From: Candidatus Geocrenenecus huangii
Lineage (GTDB): Archaea; Thermoproteota; Nitrososphaeria_A; Caldarchaeales; Wolframiiraptoraceae
DNA: 17,016 bases
Assembly (NCBI GenBank): GCA_023254095.1
Contig: JALNLM010000019.1
Span: forward strand, 1 to 17,016
Direction of reading: 5' to 3'
A program made the position numbers and the translations under genes. Each line of letters opens with the position of its first letter. Position 1 is the first letter of the stretch. Shown one piece after another: positions 1 through 7,156 of the stretch. The notes below the pieces were generated by a model that ran no database searches, had not been told where the DNA came from, and saw nothing but the letters and a program-made list of their open reading frames with translations.

Positions 1-188
1 AGGAATGTATTCTAGAGCATGTCTGGAGCTGGCTGAGCCTATTCCATCTATTCAGCCAGCCTGAAACGCTAAGCATAATCCACAACATAAGAGGGGTGAT
101 GGAGATGGCTTAAGTTAACAGAGCCCTTTAATTAACATATTAGGCTAAAAATATTAGAGAACTGGTTACGTGTTTAAGTTTATATAAC

Positions 189-623
189 ATGCTTCTTACA
201 GGCAATTCAGAGTTGCTCATGAGTAGGTTCGAGATTTCTAATATAACTGTGGATAAAATTATGACGAAAAACTTGGTTGTAACTTCTCTAGGTAGTAGTG
301 TAGAGGAGGCTGTGAGAAAGATGGTTGAATATGATGTTGAGTGTCTACCAGTTGTAGATTCAGAGGGTGTCCTGCATGGTTTAATCACGTTTAGAGATGT
401 CGTCACGAAAGCTGTTTTAAGCAAGAAGGATGTAAAGAAGCTTAAAGTTGAAGACATAATGACCAGGAATCCTATTACCTGTAATCCTAGATCAACTATC
501 TTAGAAGTTGTAAAGATAATGAAGAATAAACATTTAAGAAGAATACCTATAGTAGACTCTAATAATAAGCTAGTAGGATTAGTTACAGACTTTGATTTAA
601 CCATCATCGGCTGGGAGATATAG
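189..623 (+). CDS. CBS-domain pair protein
   Basis: Two tandem CBS repeats: VDKIMTKNLVV...LPVVDSEGVLHGLITFRD and VEDIMTRNPITC...IPIVDSNNKLVGLVTDFD. True start is probably ATG 219, because a TTTATATA box (179-186) lies immediately before the ORF-track start. Confidence 0.9.
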   Translation: MLLTGNSELLMSRFEISNITVDKIMTKNLVVTSLGSSVEEAVRKMVEYDVECLPVVDSEGVLHGLITFRDVVTKAVLSKKDVKKLKVEDIMTRNPITCNPRSTILEVVKIMKNKHLRRIPIVDSNNKLVGLVTDFDLTIIGWEI

Positions 624-853
624 TACGCTACCTTACTAAGTAGAGTCCTGCATAATTGCAAATATTGAATTTCTTCCATGCGACTTTAACAAACTAGTGT
701 ATGTAAATTGAGGTACTTACATATATCTTCCAAGATGGGGGTCTTTGAGTTTAGAGTTCTAGATGCGGGATCGACTACCCTATAAGCTAGATTAGCTATC
801 TAATAAGTGGTATAGGATTGAGACCTGATTAATCTTATATAGTTAGGGAGTTC

Positions 854-1285
854 GTGGAATCCATGAGTGATGGGATGAAGATAAGGCGGAAAGACTTGGA
901 AGAAATAATACACTATTGTCTAGACACTTTCCCGGAAGAGTGCTGCGGACTACTTATTGGGAAAAAAGTAAAGGAGGAAATAATAGTCGAGAAGATTAAG
1001 AATGCTAAGAATATTTATCCATATGATAGAAGAGTTGGGTATGTTGTTGATCCTCTAGATTATCTTGAGGCTGAGAAAGAAGCTGAGAAAGAAGGATTAG
1101 AAGTAGTTGGAGCCTATCACTCCCACATCGGTCTCGAAGCTTCACCATCCTTGAGAGACCTAGAACAAGCTATCCCTGGATATGTATACCTAATAATATC
1201 TATGACCCGTGAAACAAGTTTTAGAGCATGGATATTAGAAGAGGATAAGAAGATGTTTAGAGAAGAAGAAATAGAGGTAATCTAG
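854..1285 (+). CDS. JAMM/MPN+ (M67 family) zinc metalloprotease, desampylase/Mec-like
   Basis: PEECCGLLIG (catalytic Glu) and the complete JAMM motif YHSHIGLEASPSLRD (HxH-x7-S-x2-D). Start may be ATG 863 or 875. Confidence 0.9.
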   Translation: MESMSDGMKIRRKDLEEIIHYCLDTFPEECCGLLIGKKVKEEIIVEKIKNAKNIYPYDRRVGYVVDPLDYLEAEKEAEKEGLEVVGAYHSHIGLEASPSLRDLEQAIPGYVYLIISMTRETSFRAWILEEDKKMFREEEIEVI

Positions 1286-1341
1286 TTAACCTACACGTGT
1301 TTCTTCTTCTCCATCTACGTGGTAGTAGATATATGGGTTGA

Positions 1342-1405
1342 GGCTCAGGTACCCCAGGGCTGATTCATCAATATCACATCGCCCTTCGAGTCCATCATCA
1401 TCGCC
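1342..1405 (-). ncRNA. Box C/D (K-turn/K-loop) small RNA
   Basis: Minus strand reads GGC-G-ATGATGA (C, 1401-1395)-17 nt-GTGA (D', 1377-1374)-TAT-TGATGA (C', 1370-1365)-16 nt-CTGA (D, 1348-1345)-GCC. Terminal GGC/GCC stem, GC-rich island in an intergenic gap, and an ATATATATAA box starting 29 nt upstream. Confidence 0.75.
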
Positions 1406-1424
1406 ATAATCCAATCTAGCTAGA

Positions 1425-1440
1425 TTATATATATCCTTAA
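1425..1440 (-). promoter_or_regulatory. Archaeal BRE/TATA promoter of the C/D RNA
   Basis: Minus strand TTAAGG-ATATATATAA; the TATA start lies 29 nt before G1405, the same spacing as at the 5S gene. Confidence 0.55.
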
Positions 1441-1465
1441 CGATGATGCAGGTCGAATGATTTTG

Positions 1466-1473
1466 TTTAATAA
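1466..1473 (+). promoter_or_regulatory. TATA box for a leaderless ubiX transcript
   Basis: TTTAATAA begins 30 nt before ATG 1496; no SD-like motif precedes the ATG. Confidence 0.45.
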
Positions 1474-1495
1474 TCTCTAAGTATACTTTCAATGT

Positions 1496-2080
1496 ATGCA
1501 TCGTGGAAAAATTGAAAGACTAGTTGTCGCAGTAACTGGCGCAAGCGGGGTAATCTACGCTAAGCGTCTTCTAGAGGTTTTGACAGAAAAGAATATAGAA
1601 ACTCATTTAATTGTAAGCAAGACAGCTGAGAAGATTATTAGGCATGAGTTGGATATGGGTAGGGAGGATTTTGAGAAGCTTGGAAGATATTGTTATAGAG
1701 AGGAAGAAGTTGATGCACCCTTGGCCAGCGGCTCCTTCAAAACGGATGGAATGATTATCATCCCATGCAGCTTGAAGACGTTGGCAGGAATAGCATGCGG
1801 CTACACAGGTAACCTTATCCTTAGAGCTGCCGATGTTGCATTAAAAGAGAAGAAAACGCTTATACTAGTTCCACGAGAGACACCGTTAAACGTTATCCAT
1901 TTACGCAACATGCTTGAACTAGCCAGAATAGGAGTAGTAATACTTCCAGCCATGCCCGCATTCTATTATAAGCCTAGAAGGCTAGAAGAGTTAGTAGACT
2001 TCATAGTAGGCAAGGTATTGGACATACTTGGAATAGAGCATGATTTATTCAAAAGATGGGGTGCAGAACCCCGTGAATAA
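1496..2080 (+). CDS. ubiX: Flavin prenyltransferase UbiX/Pad1 family
   Basis: VAVTGASGVIY, APLASGSF, IIPCSLKTLAGIACG, RAADVALKE, RETPL and PAMPAFY motifs; 194 aa. Confidence 0.95.
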   Translation: MHRGKIERLVVAVTGASGVIYAKRLLEVLTEKNIETHLIVSKTAEKIIRHELDMGREDFEKLGRYCYREEEVDAPLASGSFKTDGMIIIPCSLKTLAGIACGYTGNLILRAADVALKEKKTLILVPRETPLNVIHLRNMLELARIGVVILPAMPAFYYKPRRLEELVDFIVGKVLDILGIEHDLFKRWGAEPRE

Positions 2081-2189
2081 TCAATATACCTTATCTTACA
2101 ACCATACTATTTAACCCCAATAGTGATAGTCGATTAATCAATAAAATAAGAAGAGTTTTATTCTTCATGTTAAAATTATCGATTTAAGC

Positions 2190-2594
2190 ATGAAGTACAG
2201 GAGAATAGATAACAGAATTATTGTTAGACTCGACCCTGGAGATGAGATAATTAAATGTTTGGAAGAAATAAGAAGTGTCGAGAAGATAAATGGATTCTTC
2301 TTCGGAATAGGTACTGTAAATTATCTTAAACTAGGATTCTATGATTTTGAGAAGAGAGGCTATGTCGAGAAGCTTATAAATAAAAATCTGGAAGTTACAT
2401 CATTGATAGGGAATATTGGAGTAGATAGAATACATGCTCACATAACGGTTACAGATAGAGACTACAATGCATATGGTGGACATTTGATAGAAGGAAAAGT
2501 CTCAGGAACGCTTGAGATAATAATACTAGAGGTGGGAGTAGAGTTGGCTACTAGAACTTCTAATGTAACTGGTGGAAAAATGACCGACATATAA
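2190..2594 (+). CDS. PPC domain (DUF296/AF0104-like) protein
   Basis: IVRLDPGDEI, GIGTV, EVTSLIGNI, HAHITV, GGHL and TLEIII match the PPC/DUF296 pattern, including the HxH...H metal site. Confidence 0.9.
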   Translation: MKYRRIDNRIIVRLDPGDEIIKCLEEIRSVEKINGFFFGIGTVNYLKLGFYDFEKRGYVEKLINKNLEVTSLIGNIGVDRIHAHITVTDRDYNAYGGHLIEGKVSGTLEIIILEVGVELATRTSNVTGGKMTDI

Positions 2595-2636
2595 CGTATA
2601 ATGTTACATGACGATAGAATACAGACCTAGGATAAG

Positions 2637-2648
2637 TGTGATGTCACA
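2637..2648. promoter_or_regulatory. Palindrome TGTGATGTCACA, candidate protein-binding site
   Basis: TGTGA-N2-TCACA directly abuts the stop codon of the 2649-3026 gene; a near-identical copy lies at 3042-3053. Confidence 0.45.
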
Positions 2649-3026
2649 TTATCTTTTCTTATTACCCTCAATTATGGCTCTTCCAGAAGATGTAAGCATG
2701 TATCGATAAGGTTTACCTTCTCTTATTACTAATCCAGCTTCAACCATTTTTTTAAGTAGTCTGGCCGTATGTTCTCTGCTCAAACCTAAATTTCTACTAA
2801 CTTCTCTAGCACTTAGTGAGCCTTTAGATAGTATCTCTAATGCTTTAAATATGCTCTCATTAAGTTTTCCCTCATCAAGTCCACTCGCCGTGTCTTGTGA
2901 TATACGTGATCCGTCGAGTGATTCTTCGACTTTCTCCTTTAGCCTCAACAAGAGCATAGTATAGAGTATCGTCTGCGCTACGAACAGTATTGAAAATATT
3001 AAAACCATGGTTAACTCTGGGTCCAT
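2649..3026 (-). CDS. Membrane-anchored winged-helix DNA-binding protein
   Basis: N-terminal hydrophobic helix (MVLIFSILFVAQTILYTMLLL), polar linker, then a wHTH (ALEILSKGSLSAREVSRNLGLSREHTARLLKKMVEAGLVIREGKPYRYMLTSSG). Start set at ATG 3026 because the SD-like AGGTGA overlapping the upstream stop sits 6 nt before it; the ORF track uses GTG 3035. Confidence 0.8.
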   Translation of the reverse strand: MDPELTMVLIFSILFVAQTILYTMLLLRLKEKVEESLDGSRISQDTASGLDEGKLNESIFKALEILSKGSLSAREVSRNLGLSREHTARLLKKMVEAGLVIREGKPYRYMLTSSGRAIIEGNKKR

Positions 3027-3035
3027 TATGGTCAC

Positions 3036-3443
3036 CTAGGTTGTGATATCACGCCAAGTCATAGAATGCAACAACTCTAACCCTTCTTTAATTTCTCCTT
3101 TGCCTAGTTTCTCCGCTACTTCCATTAGTCTGGCCAAACCCTCATCGGTCAAGACCCCTAAATATCTTAAAAGCATTATTGTATAGATGCTTTGACGTAT
3201 GTTATTTATTGCTTGAGCTTTCGTTCTTGCATAAGCTCCCTTCGATACACCTCTTATAGATGCCTTACTAACTGTATCATGTTTTCCATCATTGAATTGA
3301 GAAGCATACTCTACTAGCAATGTCTCAGCTTGAGCTTCAGTAAGAGAAGAACCCTTAATTAATAACGTTAAAACCTCATCACAATCAAGATTAAGACCTG
3401 AATTTTTCAGAAAATCTAAGACCTTCTTTTTCATCTCCCGCAC
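3036..3443 (-). CDS. Archaeal hypothetical protein with a predicted HTH
   Basis: LTEAQAETLL...KASIRGVSKGAYARTKAQAINNI resembles sigma-region-4/LuxR-like HTH patterns. GGAGGG precedes the start (GTG 3443 or ATG 3434), and the stop is coupled to the next gene. Confidence 0.7.
   Translation of the reverse strand: MREMKKKVLDFLKNSGLNLDCDEVLTLLIKGSSLTEAQAETLLVEYASQFNDGKHDTVSKASIRGVSKGAYARTKAQAINNIRQSIYTIMLLRYLGVLTDEGLARLMEVAEKLGKGEIKEGLELLHSMTWRDITT
3042..3053. promoter_or_regulatory. Palindrome TGTGATATCACG, candidate protein-binding site
   Basis: Perfect core GTGATATCAC; 10/12 identical to 2637-2648; lies in the last codons of the 135-aa gene, just upstream of the TM-wHTH start. Confidence 0.45.
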
Positions 3444-3620
3444 CCCTCCAGGTTATACAAAAGTGTAGACGAGCCACTATTTAGTAAAAACGTAGCCGGG
3501 TGACGTCGATAATACACTTGTTAGTTCAACGTAATATCTAGAAAAAGACAAACACGTTTTTTACCTGTTTGCTTCACTTCTTACATTATAATGAGTGTCA
3601 GACTCTATGTTAGGACACAT

Positions 3621-4088
3621 CTATGGATAATGGGGAACATTATACGGGTTTTCGAAGAATTCTTTTCCATGATTTTGATTATGTCTCTCGATAATATGGG
3701 ATTGAGCAAGCTTGTATCTTATATTGTTGCCGGAGCCGTGTCTCTCTAGGAAGCCTCTATCAGCAAGTCTAGCAAGATATGTTGATGCAGTAGAAAGACT
3801 TAGAGGTTCACGGTATTCTGCGATATATGCTTCAACAACATCTCTTGAAGAGAAGAATCCTAGAGGGAAGTACTTGGTGATTACTCTTGCGAGTTTAGCT
3901 ACTTTGCTACCCTCTAGTAGTGGGTGATTAGTGTTTTCATTCTGGGAACCACCATACAGTTCTAGGAAGTCTGCAAGCTGCATAAGCTTCTCCCTATCGA
4001 TCCTACCCTCCATTATGAGGATAAGTCTATCCCCATCATCATTCGTTAACTCTAGCTTTACCTTCTTTCTAGACGCTTGTGGGCTCAA
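3621..4088 (-). CDS. Hypothetical protein with a small N-terminal beta/alpha domain and a C-terminal winged helix
   Basis: C-terminal FSSRDVVEAY...LSLSTASTYLARLADRGFLERHGSGNNIRYKL is a wHTH pattern. TTG start with GGAG just upstream and a TTATAT box about 35 nt upstream. Confidence 0.75.
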   Translation of the reverse strand: MSPQASRKKVKLELTNDDGDRLILIMEGRIDREKLMQLADFLELYGGSQNENTNHPLLEGSKVAKLARVITKYFPLGFFSSRDVVEAYIAEYREPLSLSTASTYLARLADRGFLERHGSGNNIRYKLAQSHIIERHNQNHGKEFFENPYNVPHYP

Positions 4089-4178
4089 TCTCCGAACATT
4101 GTTTTTCCCATTAGATTGGATATAACTTTTTGATGGCCAAAAGCCACCGATATTCTAGGAGTATTATCTTAAGAATAT

Positions 4179-4472
4179 CTAGGTATCTTTACCCATTGAC
4201 CTAATTACTTCAAGTATCGAGATAGCCATCCAGAATTGAGTTCTAGTAAAAACAGGCATATTCGGATCATTGATTATCTCTTCGATCATCTCAATAGCGT
4301 TTGCAGCTCTAATAGCTGGTGGATATTTTTCATCGAAAAGAGCGTCCGATGCAGCTTTAGCAACCCTCCTGATATTTCTAGGAGTGTTTGTGTCGTTAGC
4401 TATACTCTCCAATATTTGTACAACATTCTCTCGCTTAGACTCCCAACCCTCACTTTGAGATTCTTCAGACAT
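4179..4472 (-). CDS. UPF0147 family protein
   Basis: IANDTNTPRNIRRVA, RAANAI and IINDPNMPVFTRTQFWMAISILE are UPF0147 signatures. Start moved to ATG 4472, which follows a G-run SD. Confidence 0.9.
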   Translation of the reverse strand: MSEESQSEGWESKRENVVQILESIANDTNTPRNIRRVAKAASDALFDEKYPPAIRAANAIEMIEEIINDPNMPVFTRTQFWMAISILEVIRSMGKDT

Positions 4473-4713
4473 TCTAGACCCCCCGAAGGCTACCAGAAAC
4501 ATAATAACAATTCTACCATAAAAGCCTACTTACAGATACAAATACCCAAAATGCTGGGAAAAATACTTAGACCTTCTCGAGAAAGCAATAAGTATAGAAT
4601 AAGTATAGATGATAAATCTATCATCCTCAAAGAAAAGGAAAAAGATATCTCTACTCCTAAAAGTATTTGTTTAGAGAAGAAATTATTAAGAGGGTCTATG
4701 AATTATAGACGGG

Positions 4714-5865
4714 ATGGAGTCAATCTATCTTTACCTTATGGTGTTTGCATCTGCATGGGCTATTCTATATCTGTTTCTCAGGTGGAGATACAGTGATCGA
4801 TTAAAGAATTTAAGCAATCTCAGTTTTTATCCATTCTTCCTCATGCTGAAATCTAACAACATGATAAAATACATGGATAAGCTTTCATCTTCACATAGAA
4901 TGTTCTGGAAGATACTGTCAAATCTTGGTTTAGCGACTTCTATTGGTTTATCGTTTTTCGCAGTCTATTTCTTAGCAGATAACCTGAGAACCTACATCTT
5001 CATGCCTGAGCATGTAGGTGTAGGAAACATAGTCATCCCGATAATCATCGGTGTAACCATAAGATTCGACCACCTACCGTACATGCTGATTGCTTTCGCC
5101 ATAGTCCTCATAACACATGAAGGAATGCATGGAATAATAGCGAGGCTAGAAAAAATAAAATTAAGATCTACAGGGTTCTTTCTAGCATTTATCTTTCCAG
5201 GAGGATTTGTCGAACCGGATGAGGAAAACTTCAAGGAGGCTCCAACAATCTCCAAAATGAGAGTAGCTGCTGCAGGAAGTTTTGCAAACCTAACGGTAGG
5301 CATGCTTGTACTACTTATGATGATGACACTCTTCGCACCTACTGTTATGGGAGTTATAGTCTTAGAAACATCTGGAGAAGAGGTAGGGCCACAGCCGAAT
5401 GAGGTGATCTATACTATAAATGGGGTTCCATTGAGCCCTGAAACACTCTACCAGAACATTACCTTAAGAGATACGTTGTTTATAGAAACCGATAGAGGAA
5501 ACTATACCTACAAGATAAAAGAATCCGTAACGATTCCTATTGCATGGATTCTTAGGAGCCTCGGGGTAGTTAGAGTAGATTATTATAGACCTACCGTTCT
5601 CGGTTTAGGGAACCCTGAGACAGACTATTCTTTATACAGGGCTTTATGGTGGATACAGTTGATCTCATTCGGGGTAGCTATCTTCAACATGCTTCCAATA
5701 AAGATCCTCGACGGACACCTGCTTTACATGTCTCTAATACAGTCTAGAATAAAAAATGAGAAAAAACTAAAGATTGTGGATAACCTGTTTACTGTCGTCT
5801 GCCTAACGCTCCTAGCGTCAAACATAGTCTTTACATATAAGACCTTCGGGTTCTTCCAACTATAA
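4714..5865 (+). CDS. Site-2 intramembrane metalloprotease (M50 family)
   Basis: HEGMH zinc motif in a hydrophobic segment, GGFVEPD, AAAGSFAN and FNMLPIKILDG (NPDG-type third ligand); several TM helices and a short PDZ-like insert. Confidence 0.93.
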   Translation: MESIYLYLMVFASAWAILYLFLRWRYSDRLKNLSNLSFYPFFLMLKSNNMIKYMDKLSSSHRMFWKILSNLGLATSIGLSFFAVYFLADNLRTYIFMPEHVGVGNIVIPIIIGVTIRFDHLPYMLIAFAIVLITHEGMHGIIARLEKIKLRSTGFFLAFIFPGGFVEPDEENFKEAPTISKMRVAAAGSFANLTVGMLVLLMMMTLFAPTVMGVIVLETSGEEVGPQPNEVIYTINGVPLSPETLYQNITLRDTLFIETDRGNYTYKIKESVTIPIAWILRSLGVVRVDYYRPTVLGLGNPETDYSLYRALWWIQLISFGVAIFNMLPIKILDGHLLYMSLIQSRIKNEKKLKIVDNLFTVVCLTLLASNIVFTYKTFGFFQL

Positions 5866-5870
5866 ATAAG

Positions 5871-6797
5871 TTAACGCTTCAATCTCTGGGTAATCTTTTC
5901 TTCAATCTCGCATGCTCTACATATTTCTCTACTCGTTGGCTCACCACACATCCTACATTTCATGTCCTTCTGCATGCTTCTCATATAGACGTTCTCGAAG
6001 CTACTCAATGCGGCGAACAATGAACCTGGAAACTTTTCTTCATATTTTGTCAAGAAAGCTCTAATCTCGTCTCTCATAGACCTCTCAGCATATGGGCAGA
6101 CATGGGTTTGGAATAGTATATCAGAGAAGTAGGCATACAGCACTACCTCGTATTCCGGTATGAGACGGAATGGTGCAACCCTCGGAATAACACCTTCAGC
6201 TTCTCTCCTAATACCTATAGGTGTAAACCTAGTATCTCCACGTAGAACGTTTAGAAAATATGTTTGAATTATGTCATCAAGCGTATGGGCTGTGGCGATG
6301 ACCGTACCCTCGAACTTCCTAGCTGCAAGTGTTAAGGCCTTTCTTCTCAGTACACCGCATATAGTACAGGGCTGTAGATTAATTATATCTGCAATACCAT
6401 TCTCTATTATTTCCGTCAATGTAAAGCCGAAGAATTCTTTAAAACCGAAAATATAGTGCGGTATACCAAGATTTCCAGTATATTTTACAGCATTCTTTAC
6501 AGCTTCATCTCTATATTCCGGGATTCCCTCATCGATCGTTACAGCGATGAGACTGGCTCTTGGAAAGTCTTTCTCTATCTTGTATAGAATCTTGAGGAGG
6601 GAGAGACTATCTTTTCCGCCTGAAACGGCCACAACAATTTTATCAAAAGGCTTCAATAGCTCATATCTGGAGATCGTGGCCCTAACCCTAGAAACCATAT
6701 TCTCAAGAAAACATCTACGACAGAAGGCTTCTCCAGAATACCTTCTACGATATACGACTTCACTGCTACCACAGACACTACAGCCACCATTAACCAT
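5871..6797 (-). CDS. tRNA 2-thiolation protein, TtuA/NcsA/Ctu1 family (TIGR00269-like)
   Basis: N-terminal Zn finger CSVC...CRRC, PP-loop SGGKDS, central CTIC plus CPY (Fe-S ligands), AHTLDD, and C-terminal CRMC...CRAC. Confidence 0.92.
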   Translation of the reverse strand: MVNGGCSVCGSSEVVYRRRYSGEAFCRRCFLENMVSRVRATISRYELLKPFDKIVVAVSGGKDSLSLLKILYKIEKDFPRASLIAVTIDEGIPEYRDEAVKNAVKYTGNLGIPHYIFGFKEFFGFTLTEIIENGIADIINLQPCTICGVLRRKALTLAARKFEGTVIATAHTLDDIIQTYFLNVLRGDTRFTPIGIRREAEGVIPRVAPFRLIPEYEVVLYAYFSDILFQTHVCPYAERSMRDEIRAFLTKYEEKFPGSLFAALSSFENVYMRSMQKDMKCRMCGEPTSREICRACEIEEKITQRLKR

Positions 6798-7000
6798 GGA
6801 TATTCTAATACACCTACCTAGGCCCCTACAAAATTAAGATAAGAAAACTTCTACAAAAACATCATTCCACCAAACCAGTCTAACTTAAAAGAAAAGCCAA
6901 CTCTAGAAAACATATTTTCCATAGAATTTAGCTAAAGACAAGTAGCCTAATTTAGACAGCGTACCTCTCATAGACAAAATATTGGGTTAAAAACCTTCAA

Positions 7001-7016
7001 AAATCAAGTTAATATA
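7001..7016 (+). promoter_or_regulatory. BRE/TATA promoter of the 5S rRNA gene
   Basis: AAATCAAG-TTAATATA; the TATA start (7009) lies 29 nt before the 5S 5' end. Confidence 0.65.
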
Positions 7017-7037
7017 TAACATGTAAATTCAATAATT

Positions 7038-7156
7038 GGGGGCGGTCATAGGGAGTGGGGAAACACCCGCTCTCATCCGAACGCGGAAGTTAAGCCCACT
7101 CCCGCGCCGCTATTAGTGAGGTGCGAGAGCCCTCGCGAAAGCGGCGTGCTGCCCCT
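7038..7156 (+). rRNA. rrf: 5S rRNA, stand-alone gene
   Basis: 119-nt GC-rich island. Helix I GGGGGCGGT pairs with GCTGCCCCT; conserved GGTCATAG, ACACCCG, CATCCGAAC (loop C), GAAGTTAAGCCC and the TAGT...GCGAGAGC...GCGAAA loop E/D arm. Confidence 0.96.

Noticed and set aside
1325-1410. Reading the 1342-1405 element as an H/ACA RNA or a TIGR-type array
   Set aside because: There is no properly placed ACA box, and the predicted start excludes the extra lower stem. Only one unit exists and no Nop-domain gene is nearby.
1286-1501. 71-aa minus-strand ORF
   Set aside because: It overlaps the ubiX start and promoter, has no recognisable motif, and the region is better explained by the C/D RNA and its TATA box.
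2637-2648. CRP/FNR binding site
   Set aside because: It shares TGTGA half-sites, but the spacer is 2 nt rather than 6 and the context is archaeal.
854-6797. JAMM protease plus TtuA/NcsA as a ubiquitin-like sulfur-relay or defence operon
   Set aside because: They are 4.6 kb apart on opposite strands, with no SAMP/ThiS, E1, E2 or cyclase gene in the window. A functional link is possible but there is no operon evidence.
6798-7000. AT-rich intergenic region as a replication origin
   Set aside because: No repeated ORB-like (TCCA-N-TGGA plus G-string) elements and no cdc6/orc1 gene in the window.
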